In this document: positions 14,677 through 27,834 of the stretch, piece by piece | Layout of the letters: the number at the start of each line of letters is the position of its first letter | Position numbering within the stretch: position 1 is the first letter of the stretch | Assembly: GCA_951406725.2 (NCBI GenBank) | Contig: OX597819.1 | Span: 127,162,001 to 127,226,000 of the forward strand | Length of the DNA: 64,000 nucleotides | Direction of reading: 5' to 3' | Source: Octopus vulgaris | Lineage: Eukaryota | Program-made: the position numbers and the translations under genes | The notes under the pieces: model-generated | What the model was told of the DNA's origin: nothing | Database searches by the model: none | What the model saw: the letters and a program-made list of their open reading frames with translations, nothing else

Positions 14677-14908
14677 AAGGCGGCGTGCTGGCAGAAATGT
14701 TAGCACGCCGGGTGAAATGCGTAGCCGTATTTCATTTGACGTTATGTTCTGAGTTCAAATTCCGCCGAGGTCGACTTTGCCTTTCATCCTTTCAAGGTCG
14801 ATAAATTAAGTACCAGTAACGCACTGTGGTCGATGCAATCAACTTAATCCATTTGTCTGTCCTTGTTTGTCCTCTCTATGTTTAGCCCCTTGTGGGTAGT
14901 AAAGAAAT
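14677..14908 (+). mobile_element. SINE family A
   Basis: Full length; flanking ATATTTTACTTAA-like TSD. Confidence 0.9.
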
Positions 14909-16399
14909 ATATATTTTACTTAACGTTCCCGCCAAGGACTTCTCTAAGACCTCATTGGATGAAAGAAAGGAAATATCTGCAGACTTGGCAAAACAGAAGT
15001 TTGCTACTTTCATCCTCTTGAGTACCTCAGTGATAGACAGTGGAATGTTGGTAACATTCAATAAAATATTTATGTAGTCAGTGTTTCCTTATTCGAAAGC
15101 ATAATTGAGAACGAAGGGGTCAGGCTGGTGTTCGTCAGAAATTCCATTCGAATATATATCTATGTCTAATGATGTTCTCATGATTGTGGTTTTAGTTGCT
15201 GTCAAACCTGTCTCTTTTCCTACGTTTTTGGTTTTGTATTAGATGAAATGTCACTTTATTTTCTCTAATTTGCTTGATTTTTCAATAATTGCTTTTTCAC
15301 ACACATAAACGCACACGCACGAACACACATACGAACACACACACACATGCATAATACCCAGAGTTGCCCAGGCGAGAAAATAGCTATAAATAGCTCAGAA
15401 TTGTTCTTAATGAAGTTACGGTCAATTTAATTTCTCTTTAAAAGTTATCGTTCGTGTAGGAAACAGAGCCATTTCCCAATATGTTTAAACAGTCCAGTGT
15501 TAATGCTTTTGCTACTTGTAGGCATTCAGTATTGACAGAGCATTTCGTAATTTAACTATTCGAAGGACATATTTCTAATTCAAACATATCATTAAAATAA
15601 GTGTGACTACACGTTTATTTCACTTGAAATTTGCTGAACATAATATACGATTTTTACCCTAGAAATTTGTTAATTCATGAAATATTTTGAGAAATTTATA
15701 GAATCTGCAGCGTCGGTAAGTAAATCATTGTCGGAAATAAAGTTTATGTGCAAACATGGGATGTCAAAAGGAAATCCACACATCCAAATTCTACAATTGT
15801 TATATACTCATAGAGAAATTTTACTGAGAGTTGTAATGCATCCCAGCCTATATGAGGAATTACAACCGTGTTTCGTGGTCTGCTACCACAACAGCTCCTT
15901 TCTAGGATCCAGTTAGCTCAAGACATCATCAGGAGGAACCACGTCCGGTTTCGGCCCCTACTCCTCTACCGTTTTGACGTGGCAGGGCCCCTACCTTTCG
16001 GAGGTGTCTTCAGCTCTGGTGTTGGGTGCATGTCTTCTTTCTTCTTCTTTCTTCTGTTTCTTGGCCTCTTCGATGTATCGTCAGCGAGTGTCAGCCGGTG
16101 ACTGACTAACTTGTCAAATATTTCTCTTCAAATACCTGCCGCTAGGCTCCAGCAGGCAGCCCCAGCAAGTTGTCACGTGACAATGTCTCACCTTAACTGA
16201 CTAGTGAAGGCGCGTAGTTTTAGCCCCAGTTCTAAACATTTTGGTGTCAGTACATCAAATTGTTTCATGTTTTTGGTTTTCGCTACCAAATAGTTTAGAA
16301 AATATATGTGTGGTACTTCTAAAATTTGCTCATCCTACAAAAAATTGACTATTAGCCAAGAAATATTTATCAATATACATTTACTACGTCAGTCAATAA

Positions 16400-16920
16400 A
16401 ATAATATTTGCCCTACGGATTTATTGACTGTAGCAAAGCATTTCCGAGTAAATTGTAAATATGGGAAAATTTTTAATCGACAGAAATTCCATACAGCTGC
16501 TGCTCCAATATGAAAGACATTAATCACTCGCATGCTACATTAAGAGGCAACACCTAGTTGTAACTGTCGTGACACTAAAGCTTATCCATTCGATCAGGCG
16601 TGTTTGATAAACTTAGTCGTCAATGACGCCAAAGTCACAGCAGTGGTCCAAAATAACATATTGGATTTGCAACGAAAATTTTAAAACACGATATGTAAAC
16701 CACCAGTTTTCTTTCCGACACATCGACAAATATAAAGCCACTAAGTTAGCTAGCCATGTATGGAATCTGAAGATCAACTGCACAACACATACAATCAAGT
16801 GGAGTATCGTGGAGAAATCTATGTCATATGTGAATGGATAAAAGAGATGCAAGCTAAGTGTAGCTGAAAGTTCGCACATTTCTTTTACATCCAGATGCGA
16901 AATTTCCTGCAAAAATTTAC
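16400..16920 (+). pseudogene. Decayed PLE C-terminus (CNCR-type GIY-YIG, Naiad-like)
   Basis: KHF..KIFNR, SCCSNMK, CNCRDTK, FKTRYVNHQFSFRH..TKLASHVWNLK..IKWSIV..KRCKL, with stops and frameshifts. Confidence 0.8.
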
Positions 16921-17494
16921 TTTTTTCGAATTGGAAGACACTACCCTTTCTGAATTGAGCACCTGTTTGGCAGACTTTACCTCCTCCCCATTGAATTACT
17001 GATCGACTTACAGATCGTGATGTATGAATTAGCTGGTTGATTATATTTATTAAAAACAGTAGCCATTTCAGATTGTCTCTTAAGCGTTTACTCACAAAAC
17101 CAAGTAAACAAAGTTTTATTGGTATAATTGTAAATTCATAATCTGGATATAGAAACTGGAGGTTTCGAAGCAGTTATCTGCAATTATCCTCTTCCTCTTT
17201 GATTTTCGAAAAGATATTCACCTCAGGACAGCTTTCTCAAACAACATTGCGTGAGATTGTGTGAAGACACATGGCCTCAGGGCTATGTGATCGGTGATCA
17301 TTAATATGTGGAGTTTGTGTACCAGTTAAGTACATGTTGGGTCACTGACACAAGGCAAGACAACGAAGTATTCATATATTTTCTTTTTTAAAATGAGTAG
17401 TTTTTATAAATATTTATTCCTAATTGGAGATGTGTATTTTTGAAAGAATACTGGAATATTAATGAACATGTCTGTATACAGAAAAAGAAGTAGA

Positions 17495-17790
17495 CTATCC
17501 TATGGCACTGTTTTGATACTTGCTGTAAGATTACATCCTGGTTTTGTTCTAGCTTCGCGAGAATTCTAGTTCTAACTTCTGCGTCCTTTTCGACAATAAG
17601 TCCCTGTGTGAAAATCAGGCATTTCGACATATCTGGCCTTAATTCGTCCAGCTTGAACTTCTTGCATTCCTTGTTTACTCTACCAACGTATGCGATGTAG
17701 TTCTCTTCGTTGGTTTTTTTTTTTTCTATGTTCAGACACTTCCAACGTGTGTTGAACAATGAGGTTTTTTTCACTGAAAATAAGGTAGGT
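17495..17790 (-). pseudogene. Ty3/gypsy gag fragment
   Basis: TSLFNTRWKCL..YVGRVNKECKKFKL..KCLIFTQGL..DAEVRTRILAKLEQ resembles invertebrate gypsy gag. Confidence 0.7.
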
Positions 17791-18069
17791 AACAGTTGAG
17801 CTGTGCGCACACGCCTTCGAGTTAAAACGAAAGATTGCCAAAATGGTTATTGCCAAAATTTTAAAATAAGATTTTAATTTTTTTAAATTTTTATGATGTA
17901 ATTGCATTAATTAAAACAGATGATGCAATTAAACTCTCTGCAAATTAGCGGTGTCGTTGATAATTTTTCCTTACCTCAATGATGCCGGTGACATATATTA
18001 AAAGTCCCCTTATAGAACTATAGTCATAAAAAAAGTATAATACTATATTATCACTCTCAAATTTGAAAT

Positions 18070-18306
18070 GCTTAGTGTTATTTCGTCTATCTTTACGTTC
18101 TGAGTTCAAATTCCGCCGGGTCGACTTTGTCTTTCATCTTTCGACGTCGATAAAATATGTACCAGTTGAGTACTAAGATCGATAAAGAAAGTATCAGTTG
18201 AGTACTGAAGTCAATAAAATAAGTACCAGTTGAGTGCTGGGGTAGATTTAATCGAGTTAACCCCTCCCTCTAAACTACTGGTCTCGTGCCAAAATTTGAA
18301 ACCAAT
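18070..18306 (+). mobile_element. SINE family A variant (alternative tail GTGCCAAAATTTGAAA)
   Basis: Same core; internal triplication of GATAAAA..GTACCAGTTGAGT; related copy at 37433-37642. Confidence 0.75.
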
Positions 18307-18557
18307 ATCTTTGTTATTGCTATTTACCTCACCATCTTAATTTAATGATGTAAATTCCATTAGTGCTTTTTTTTTTAACTCTTTTTGCTTTTGGTATTAT
18401 AATGTTATTTTTCCAACATGCAGAATTTGATAATTTCTTAGTAAATTGTCTATTAGTCTACATCTTATTTTTCTTAGTATTGTTTATATTTTTTCCTTCT
18501 TCCATCATCGCAAATTTAGCGATTTGATTGTAAATGATATTTTCCTTATTATTATTA

Positions 18558-18603
<46 letters not shown>

Positions 18604-19039
18604 CATTGCTCGTGTAATTCTGTTCTATTTCGGTTCATTGCATTTATAGATTTTAGTATAACTTGCATAATAAACTAATACCGAAAACATTTACAGAAGA
18701 AAATAAATACTAGAGTTTCCCTCGTAGAAAAGTTACTTGAATTTCTGAAGAAGCGAATACGTGTGGGCGCACATTCCAGCACCTGTAACAAAACACTAAT
18801 AACATCTCGTTAGCTTCTCTTGTTCTCACCTTTATTACTGTTAACGGGTTTCAGTTTTCGTTCTTTTAGTAAATAGGAGATAGAAAGAATCATATTCTCT
18901 CTCGCATTTGTTTGTTTGGCTTCCTTTGATGATCGTGTTCGACATTCTTGCCGCTTTCTGCTCAATCTGAAAAACTTACATTACAATGATGTAGATGCTG
19001 CTGTTGTTGTTGTTGTCGCCGTCTTCTGCGGTGGCGGCG

Positions 19040-19043
19040 GCGG

Positions 19044-19096
<53 letters not shown>

Positions 19097-19665
19097 CCAT
19101 CATCACCATCATCATCACCATCATCATCACCACCACCACCATCATCACCATCCTCCTCCTCATCATCATCATCAATATCATCTTCATCATCATCATCATC
19201 ATCATCCTCATCACCACCACCACCACCACCACCACCACCATCATCATTATCATTATCATCAGAATCATCAGCATCATCATCATCATCGTCATCAGCAGCA
19301 GCATCATTGCCGTCGTCGTCCTCGTCATTGTCGTCATTTTCATCATCATCATCTTCATCATCGTCGTCGTCATCATCATCTTCATCATCATTATCATCAT
19401 CATCACCATCATCATCATCACCACCATCATTATCATCATCATCATCATCGTCATCATCATCAGCAGCAGCAGCATTGTCGTCGTCGTCGTCGTCATTGTC
19501 ATCATATTCATCATCGTCGTCATCGTCATCGTGTTAGTTATCATCGTCGTCGTCGGTAGCATCATCATCATCATTATCATCATCATCATTATCGACATCA
19601 TCATCGTCATCGTCATAATCGTCGTCGTTACCATCGTCGTCATCATCACAATCATCATCATCAAC
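19040..19665. repeat. Compound (CAT/CAC/CGT)n microsatellite
   Basis: Direct reading. Confidence 0.98.
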
Positions 19666-20688
19666 CTAAAGGCCCGAGCAGAAGAATTCCTTTTGAAGTG
19701 ATTTTCTAGGCGGAAACTGTACAGAAGCCCGTCTGTGCATGTATATACCGTATTTGATGGCCTATAAGACGCACGAGAGCATAGGACGCACCCTAGCCTT
19801 GGCTATTACGTTTGCAAAATAAATCACTGAAAGGACGTTAGGCAAAGTCAACCTCGGTGAAATTTAAACTCAGAATATGATCCAACCTCTATACATATGT
19901 AATAACTAGTGAGACTCGTTATTATGTAATAACTAGTGGGACTTGTGGAAATTCCACGAAATGGAAAACATTAAGAGGACTTACTAAAGAAATAAAGGAG
20001 GATTTGCATTTTTATAGCATTCATAGTTCTGAAACCCGTTAACAGTAATAAAGGCGCAGGAGTGGCTGTGTGGTAAGTAGCTTGCTAACACGCATGCGCA
20101 GTTAGTCAGTTGCTTCCTGTTCAGCCAGAGTGGACGCGAGTCAACCAGCTCCGTCCAATTAAAGAAAAAAGACCAAAAACGGAAAGTTGTCGAGGTAAGT
20201 GATTTTGTTTATTGTGAGTTGGGCATAATTTATTGCGTGCCAATTATTATTTCAGTAAGTTGTGTCCAACTCTGAGACAATTTCGCCTGCTCTCGGCGGC
20301 TGCTGTTTTTGTGTTTATTGAAAAAAAAACAGTGGAGGGGCGTATCCGTCTTCGATAAATTGAGTGAATATTTTTTTCACGTAATTGTGAGAATAGTATT
20401 GTGCTGTAAAGAACTTTTTGTGAAAACTGCTATATAGGGGAGTATTTTGCCTCCGAAGTTTGAACAATTTTTGCCAATTTTACACCAAGTTTTGTGGAAG
20501 TTGTGCGTTCCTGGTTCAATTTAGGCCGGGAGTACCAAATGGCCAGAAGGTTTTTGCTGTGTTATTGACTTTCTTTTTAACTTTATTTGACTCTCTCCTT
20601 TTTCACTGTGACTTTCTTCGGATTTTCTTTTCCTCTCGTTTTTTAGTTTTATTCTGAATACATTTAAAAAAAAAAAAAAAAAAAGAAC

Positions 20689-21555
20689 ATGGCAATGAAA
20701 AATAACAAACTTTTGGAATGGGAGATCATACCGCCTAAAAAGTGGTTAAAAGACCGTGAAGATAGGACGGTGGTGTTGAGAACCTACTCCAAGGCACTCG
20801 ACACCATCGCCCTATTCGAAAAGACGGCAATTGAAAAGGAGTTGGAAGAGTATCTGCCAACAATTAAATTCATTTCCAGGGGTGTCAAATATGCAACGGT
20901 GTGGTTGCTATTTGACACCCCTGAAGAGGCTTGCAAATTTGCTAGCAAACCCCTGGAGGGTAAGGAAATCTTATTCCTGCCCACGTACAAAAAAAAGAAA
21001 TTGATGAAAGCTTGGATTTGCGGTCTGCCACCCGACATAGAACCCGAGTGGATAGAGGAGACTATCCGCCGGGGTCTGGGTGGCAGCGAAACTAAGCTCC
21101 TTAATGTAAAAGTTCTTCCTGCGGCTGCTTGGGTTGGGTCAAAAGCAATTTTGACCCTGTGGACCCAATCAGCCAATCTGGTTCTTCCAGATTTTTTGAA
21201 AATGGCCGGGTGCAGGTACCCGGTGATGCTTGAGGGTCGTCCCCCTAAGTGTCATCGGTGCTTGGAGTCCGGCCACATAAAGAAGAACTGTCCCCGGGAA
21301 CAAAATAGGATCCCGGAACAGTTAAGTAAAACCCCTCTAGAAGAGGGAATGATAACGGCCGAGAAAGCAGAGGACTCCTCAAACAGAGGCCGAAAGAGGA
21401 AGGTGAGCAACAATGGGTGCTCACCAAAGGATAACAGGGATGAGGAGAGGAAGGCGAATCTTCCAGCCACGGAGGAGACGCACCCTCCCTCAGTTGAAAA
21501 GGGAAAAAAAAGAAAAAGAGGAAGAAAAACGGGACATTACCGACTGTCAGTGTAG
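20689..21555 (+). CDS. Gag-like ORF1 protein with CCHC zinc knuckle (L1/Tx1-type ORF1)
   Basis: 288 aa; RRM-like segments (VWLLFDTPEEA; AWICGLPPDI), knuckle CHRCLESGHIKKNC, basic disordered tail. Confidence 0.8.
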   Translation: MAMKNNKLLEWEIIPPKKWLKDREDRTVVLRTYSKALDTIALFEKTAIEKELEEYLPTIKFISRGVKYATVWLLFDTPEEACKFASKPLEGKEILFLPTYKKKKLMKAWICGLPPDIEPEWIEETIRRGLGGSETKLLNVKVLPAAAWVGSKAILTLWTQSANLVLPDFLKMAGCRYPVMLEGRPPKCHRCLESGHIKKNCPREQNRIPEQLSKTPLEEGMITAEKAEDSSNRGRKRKVSNNGCSPKDNRDEERKANLPATEETHPPSVEKGKKRKRGRKTGHYRLSV

Positions 21556-21926
21556 CACCGGAATGTCCCGGAACTTCGTCGGTTGGGGTTGTGCCACCGA
21601 CAAGAGAAGGAATACCGTTGGCGGGAACTGTGCCGCCACCGAAAGAACTGAACGTATTGGTCCTCTTCTATAGAGGAGGAGAAATTGAAAAAGTGATGGA
21701 AGAGCATCACAAGGGAGCACCTTTAGCCTTCACACAGGACCCCGAATGGCCTCCACAGGTAGCTGTGGAGGCCGTGACGTTCGACGTGACGCTTGGGCTA
21801 AAGGAGCTCAAGGAAGACTATAACTTGGTCCCGGGCGACGCTGACTCGGGACTTGATTACGTTCTGAGGGAGGCGTGGTTGATGGTGGAGGGCGCGGGCA
21901 CAAGCGACTTCGAGGACGATATGTAA
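21500..21926 (+). pseudogene. Probable frameshifted C-terminal continuation of the gag-like ORF
   Basis: Overlapping ORFs 21413-21673 and 21591-21926 can be linked through the A-run near 21505 and the G-run near 21585; coding-like GC content runs to TAA 21926. Confidence 0.55.
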
Positions 21927-22255
21927 TTATTGAACTGTTATTATTAGTAATGGACTGCTAACTCCAAAAATTGAAAAATTGTAAGAGGTTTAATACCTCG
22001 TTTTGTGTTTATTTTTATTAATAATGGACTGCTAAATCCAAAAATTGGAAAAATTGTAAGAGGTTTAATACCTCGTTTTGTGTTTATCCTTAAAAAGAAC
22101 AATGTTTTAGAGAAGCGAAAGTCGGCGGGCGCTTTTTGTCTTCTCCCATCCTTATCATCTTTCTTTCATTATCATTCACTTCATTAATGTTCCTCGTCCA
22201 GCCCGCAAAGCTAACTTAATCTGTGTACTGCCTTTATGGCAAATGTTTTGAAATA

Positions 22256-22636
22256 AAGTAGCTTGTTTACCAACCACATGGTTCCGGGTTCAGTCCCACT
22301 CGTGGCACCTTGGCAAGTGTCTTCTGCTGTAGCCTCGGGCCGACCAAAGCCTTGTGAGTGGATTTGGTAGACGGAAACTGAAAGAAGCCCGTCGTATATA
22401 TGTATATATATATGTGTTTGTGTGTCTGTGTTTGTCCCCCTAGCATTGCTTGACAACCGATGCTGGTGTGTTTATGTCCCCGTCACTTAGCGGTTCGGCA
22501 AAAAGAGACCGATAGAATAAGTACTGGGCTTACAAAACAATAAGTCCCGGGGTCGAGTTGCTCGATTAAAGGCGGTGCTTCAGCATGGCCGCAGTCAAAT
22601 GACTGAAACAAGTAAAAGAGTAAAAGAGTAAAAGAG
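22256..22636 (+). mobile_element. SINE family C (5' end displaced to 20053-20086)
   Basis: GGTTCAGTCCCAC..GGCAAGTGTCTTC..GTGAGTGGATTTGGTAGACGGAAACTG..(GTAAAAGA)n tail. Related copies at about 23590-23745, 27345-27780, 35970-36140 and 63540-63945. Confidence 0.9.
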
Positions 22637-23141
22637 TTCAGCCTTATTATTATATTCTTGACGTTCGTCTACATTCATTTCCTCGCATCTGCATCGTTTT
22701 CCTCTTTTTATTATATCTTCTCGCTGTTCCTCTCTGATCTTTTCAGGAGCAGCTAGCAACTGTGTTCCTTGTGAATCCAGAGTTTAGGCTAAAGCAAAAA
22801 ATGATTTAGACCATCTCTAGATGGAACGTTGTCAAGAGGCACTGATGCACTTGTCAACACTTACATTAAGTGTGCCCTCTAGCAACAAGTTGTTCGGTTT
22901 CTTTGTCCGGCAGAATTAACATATATCGGATAAGTTGGTAAATGCCGAAGAGATAATTCACTAGTTGTTAACGCTCTTACCTTTTTAACAAATATATTTA
23001 ACTTGTATAGAAGACCGACCTGATGGTAAACATTGTCTTGAGTCCAAATTAACTGATAGTATTATATCTTCATGCATGATTTTTTTTATATTTGTTTGTA
23101 TGTGGGTGACAATACTAAGCAGTATCTGTTATATATCTGCT

Positions 23142-23478
23142 GTGGAGGCGCAATGGCCCAGTGGTTAGAGCAGCGAACTCGCGGTCGGAGGATCGCGGTT
23201 TCGATTCCCAGACCGGGCATTGTGAGTTTTTATTGAGCGAAAACACCTAAAGCTCCACGAGGCTCCCGCAGGGGGTGGTGGTGATCCCCGCTGTACTCTT
23301 TCAACACAACTTTCTCTCACTCTTACTTCCTGTTTCTGTTGTACCTGTATTTCAAAGGGCCAGCCTTGTCACATTCTGTGTGTCACGCTGAATCTCCTCG
23401 AGAACTACGATCACGAGCAAGCTGTTCCGTTAATCGTATCAGCTGGGACCCTCATCGTCGCAACCGACGGAGTGCTCC
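23142..23478 (+). mobile_element. tRNA-derived SINE family B
   Basis: GGCGCAATGGCCCAGTGGTTAG (A box) .. GGTTTCGATTCCC (B box), then the conserved body. Confidence 0.9.
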
Positions 23479-23849
23479 TATATATATCTGCTATGTGTGT
23501 GTGTGTGTGGGGGGGTGTTTTACATAAATATGGATACAACAGATATATAGATGGATGGTAAAAGTAGATAGATAGATATAGATGCAGTTGTTGGTGAGTG
23601 GCAAGAAGTTTTCTTCTCAACAACATGGCACTGGGTTCTGTGCCACTGCAAACCACCTTAGGCAAGTGTCTTCTACTATATCATCAGACCGATCAAAGGC
23701 TTATAAGTAGATATCATAGACGGAGACTGGAAGTAACCCGTCGCATGAGTAAGTATCATGTTTTCCATTTTTTCTCTCGTTGTTTGCGTATTTAACTCGT
23801 TTGTTTTCGTACTTCATGTTGTTTACACAATTGGTGACGTCCTGTACAC

Positions 23850-23889
<40 letters not shown>

Positions 23890-24034
23890 ATATTTCGGAA
23901 TGGTCATATTGCCAGTTTAGCCAATAAAAACACACGCACTATATATTTGGTGTTATTATGACCATTCCGAAATGTAACAATATCTGTTTCAACACACGAC
24001 TTCACATAAAAAATCTTGCACAACAAATATTTAA

Positions 24035-24080
<46 letters not shown>

Positions 24081-24109
24081 TTAATTGAACGCCACGTATC
24101 CATTTCCAA

Positions 24110-24159
<50 letters not shown>

Positions 24160-24571
24160 CCACACCATCGCTTGACAACTGGTGTTGGTGTGTTTCTGTA
24201 CTTTTAACTTAGCGTTTCGGTAAAATAGAATGGTAGAATAAATACCAGGCATAAAAAAAAGTATTGGGGACGATTTATTTGATTAGAAAAGCGGTGCTCC
24301 AGCATAGCCGCAATCAAAGATACATATACATGTATGTATGAAAGTACATGTTTTTGTCTTAAGTTGTTATTTGTGTGTTAGTTTTAGACATCATTTTATG
24401 CACTATATATAACCAACGTTTTATATATGCTCCTTTCATTGACTGCAAAACTGACGTTATTCTATTATAGATACGTCTTAACTATGTTAAAACTGATTAT
24501 CACTGACAATTGCGAAACTCCAAGATGTAACAGAGATTAACGTCAGCACTACAATATATTCGTATGTATAA

Positions 24572-24662
<91 letters not shown>

Positions 24663-24705
24663 CGTCTATCTGTCTATCTATCTATCTCTGTCTCTCTCTC
24701 TCTCA

Positions 24706-24746
<41 letters not shown>

Positions 24747-24851
24747 CATATATATTTATTTATATATATGTAAGTATATGTGTGTGTGTGTATGTATATA
24801 TATATATAATACATACATACGTACATACATACATGCATACATATATACATG

Positions 24852-24888
<37 letters not shown>

Positions 24889-26299
24889 CATGTGCGTATA
24901 ATGCGTATGCGTTTGTGTCTTAAACTGGTGTGTACACTACTGTAATATATCTTGCATGTGTGCTATGAGAGTGTATATCTTAAGAATGCTAGTAAAGCAA
25001 TGTAAAACAAATGAATATAAAAGCAAAGATGTAGAAAATAAGTAAAACGAAAACAGAAGTAATACGAATAGAAATTACATTGTACGACTAGATCTGTAAA
25101 GTTGGCGAAGCGTTTCAACTTTGTAGCTATTGCATTAAAGCAAGGCCTGAGTAATATTACAATTACAGAAAGATTTATACCTACAGAGAAATACAACTTT
25201 ACGTGTTCAGGGAGGAGTTTTAGCGAAATCTTGATATAAACACCCACCTTGAGAAGAAATATAGATATCCTCGAATCAAATAGTACAAGTGAAACGGAAG
25301 GCGTTATTAGAAGAAACTACGATTGTTCGAAAATCATATCAGTGAAAGCAAAATAATACCCTTGAGACATAAATGAATTTACATCGATATTTTGCTCAGT
25401 GATTATGAACAGGGAGAGTTAAAACAGTTAGGGGCGGCACGCTTAAGTGGATTTTTTTCATCTTGTTTTCATTTTATGATTGTGTGCAGAGGTCGTGGAA
25501 GAGTGAACGAGACAGAGCGAGGAGAAAGACGAAAAGGAAGACGGCATCAACGTACATGAAGATGCACAGAGATACTCTTCATTGACGGCCATTTCACTTG
25601 GGGATATATGTAATGTGGTTCTGATTAAATCAACGCCAGTTGTTTATGAAATTTTACAACAAACACTGTTAGCATAACCCAAGTCAGCGTATTTCACTTT
25701 CTTTTTAATATGGAGGATAATGCAAAGAATCACGCACGCACATACATACACTCACCCATAGACACATGCACGCACACACACACACATGCGGACACAAGTA
25801 TATATGCGCATGAATGTTGGTGTAAATAAATATATGCATGCGTGTGTTCTTATACAGAGAACACACTTATGTATGTTTAGATGCTTTCTAGTTCTGTTCA
25901 AACATTACCTATATATATGTATGCATGTGTGTGTATATGTATGTATACATCTATGTATGTATGTATGTGTGTACGTGTTTGTTTGTTTCTTTGTATGTGT
26001 CTATGTTTGTGTGTCTGTCTGTCTTTCTGCCTGTCTGTCTGTATAAAATGATTGTTGCTTCACCAAGAATCGAGAAATTTCAGAACCCAAGGCGTAAATG
26101 TGCAGTATTCTTTCAGGAAGCGTCAAAATTGGAAATACTCTGAGTTTCACGTTACCGCATTTTCAGCTGTAGATCTGGGCATGTTTCCTCTTAATCTGTC
26201 TGATATTTGTATATATTTTGAAATATCATAAAAAGCTTTTAATAAATGCTTATCATTGTTTGAAATTCACGTTTTCTATTTCATTCTTGGCCCCCGTGG

Positions 26300-26940
26300 A
26301 AATTCGTTTTAATCAGAATTTAATCTTCTTGTAAATGAGTATATTGTTTCTTCCCAGGCAAACTGACATCTGACTGTTTAAAGACTTCAAATGTAACTGG
26401 TAGTGACTTCTCTTGAAAATGGACAAAATTTGGTATCGTGGTGGTATCAAGCACCTGCAGAAACAAGGTTTAGTTTCCAAGGAGATTCACGATGACACGG
26501 TTGCTATATTAGAGATGATTCTCCAATGTTATGAACAACGCACAAGTGGGCAACTAAATTTAGGAGGAGAAGGGAGAGCCTTGATGATGACTCAAAATCT
26601 CGATGACCTGCAATTGCCACCTCCGAGAAAAACATTGATCGTGTTCATCATATGCTGATGGATAACAGGCGATTGTTTATAAATCAAATATGCAATGCAA
26701 TTAGCATATCTCTTGAGAGAGTTGGGAATATTCTTCACTGTGAACTTGGCATAACGAAGGTATCTGCACAGTGGGAGCCAGATCTCAAACCTGATCAACA
26801 GCGCATCAGGATGATTACATTACGGGAAACCTGACATTGTTTGAGGCAGATCAAGCCTTGAACGTTTCGTAAGTCAGGTTGAGTGTTGACTTCATCAGTT
26901 TGAGCAAGACACAAAGAAACAATCTATTCAGTGAAAGAGA
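26300..26940 (+). pseudogene. mariner transposase N-terminal remnant
   Basis: MDKIWYRGGIKHLQKQGL..KEIH; MDNRRL..ISISLERVGNILHCELGITKVSAQWEP (WVP motif). Confidence 0.85.
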
Positions 26941-27016
26941 TATTTAGCAGAGAGTGGAGTCCTTCTTGTGGTGTGGTTCAAGAACAGCATTTCATTCTAT
27001 TTAATTCTCTTGTATC

Positions 27017-27063
27017 GTCTCTGGTGATGGGATACGTTTACATCTCTGAAACAGCCGTAAGAC
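27017..27063 (+). ncRNA. Degenerate hammerhead, same family as 6836
   Basis: GTCT-CTGGTGA-t-GGGAT-loop-ATCTC-t-GAAA-CAGCCG-TA-AGAC; the following 190 bp are homologous to 6890-7095. Confidence 0.6.
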
Positions 27064-27297
27064 TACCTTTCTCTTTATAAATGTCCTACAAATTTCAGAC
27101 TGCCTTGGCTTTGTTGTCTCATTTAACAGATACACGGTCACACATGACTCACGTTAGACTCCTCGTACTATTAGCAAGCCGGGAGTCAACACCGGTCCTT
27201 CTGTAGCACTTACATAGCCTTACCTGCCTTTTGGGTCTTCTGGATACCAAAACCTCTCATATATATATATGTATGTATGCATGTATGTGCGCGCGCG

Positions 27298-27338
<41 letters not shown>

Positions 27339-27493
27339 ATGTATATGTGGTAAAAAGCTTTCTTACCAGTCACAATGTTCTGGGTTCAATCACACGGTGT
27401 GAGCTTTGCTCAAGCGTCCGCTACTATTATCTGAGGTCGACCAAAGCCTTGTGAGTGGATTTGGTAGGTAGAAACTAGAAGAAAGAAGCCCAT

Positions 27494-27558
<65 letters not shown>

Positions 27559-27793
27559 GATGGGCTTCTTTCTTCTAGTTTCTACCTACCAAATATATAT
27601 ATATATATATATATATATTTTCTACCTACTATATATATATACACATCACCACCACCACACACACACATTTTGTGTTTTTACGTTCGCGAACCGTGGTGGT
27701 TCGGCAAAACAGAGCTAGAATAAGGAATGGGCAGTCCCCCTGCATAGCTGCAGTCAAATGACTGAAACAGATAAAAGATTATTAATACATACA

Positions 27794-27834
<41 letters not shown>

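Larger units (their letters stand above)
20087..22255 (+). mobile_element. ORF1-only non-autonomous non-LTR retroelement inserted in a SINE
   Basis: Splits a SINE (20053-20086 and 22256-22635). Duplicated AAGTAGCTTG at 20075 and 22256. About 600-nt U-rich leader, gag-like ORF, 3' end at AATAAA. No endonuclease or RT sequence. Confidence 0.85.

Noticed and set aside
23146-23215. tRNA genes (also near 32590-32660, 39745-39815 and 62686-62755)
   Set aside because: tRNA-derived SINE heads that continue into SINE bodies, several with TSDs; no proper acceptor stem or terminator.
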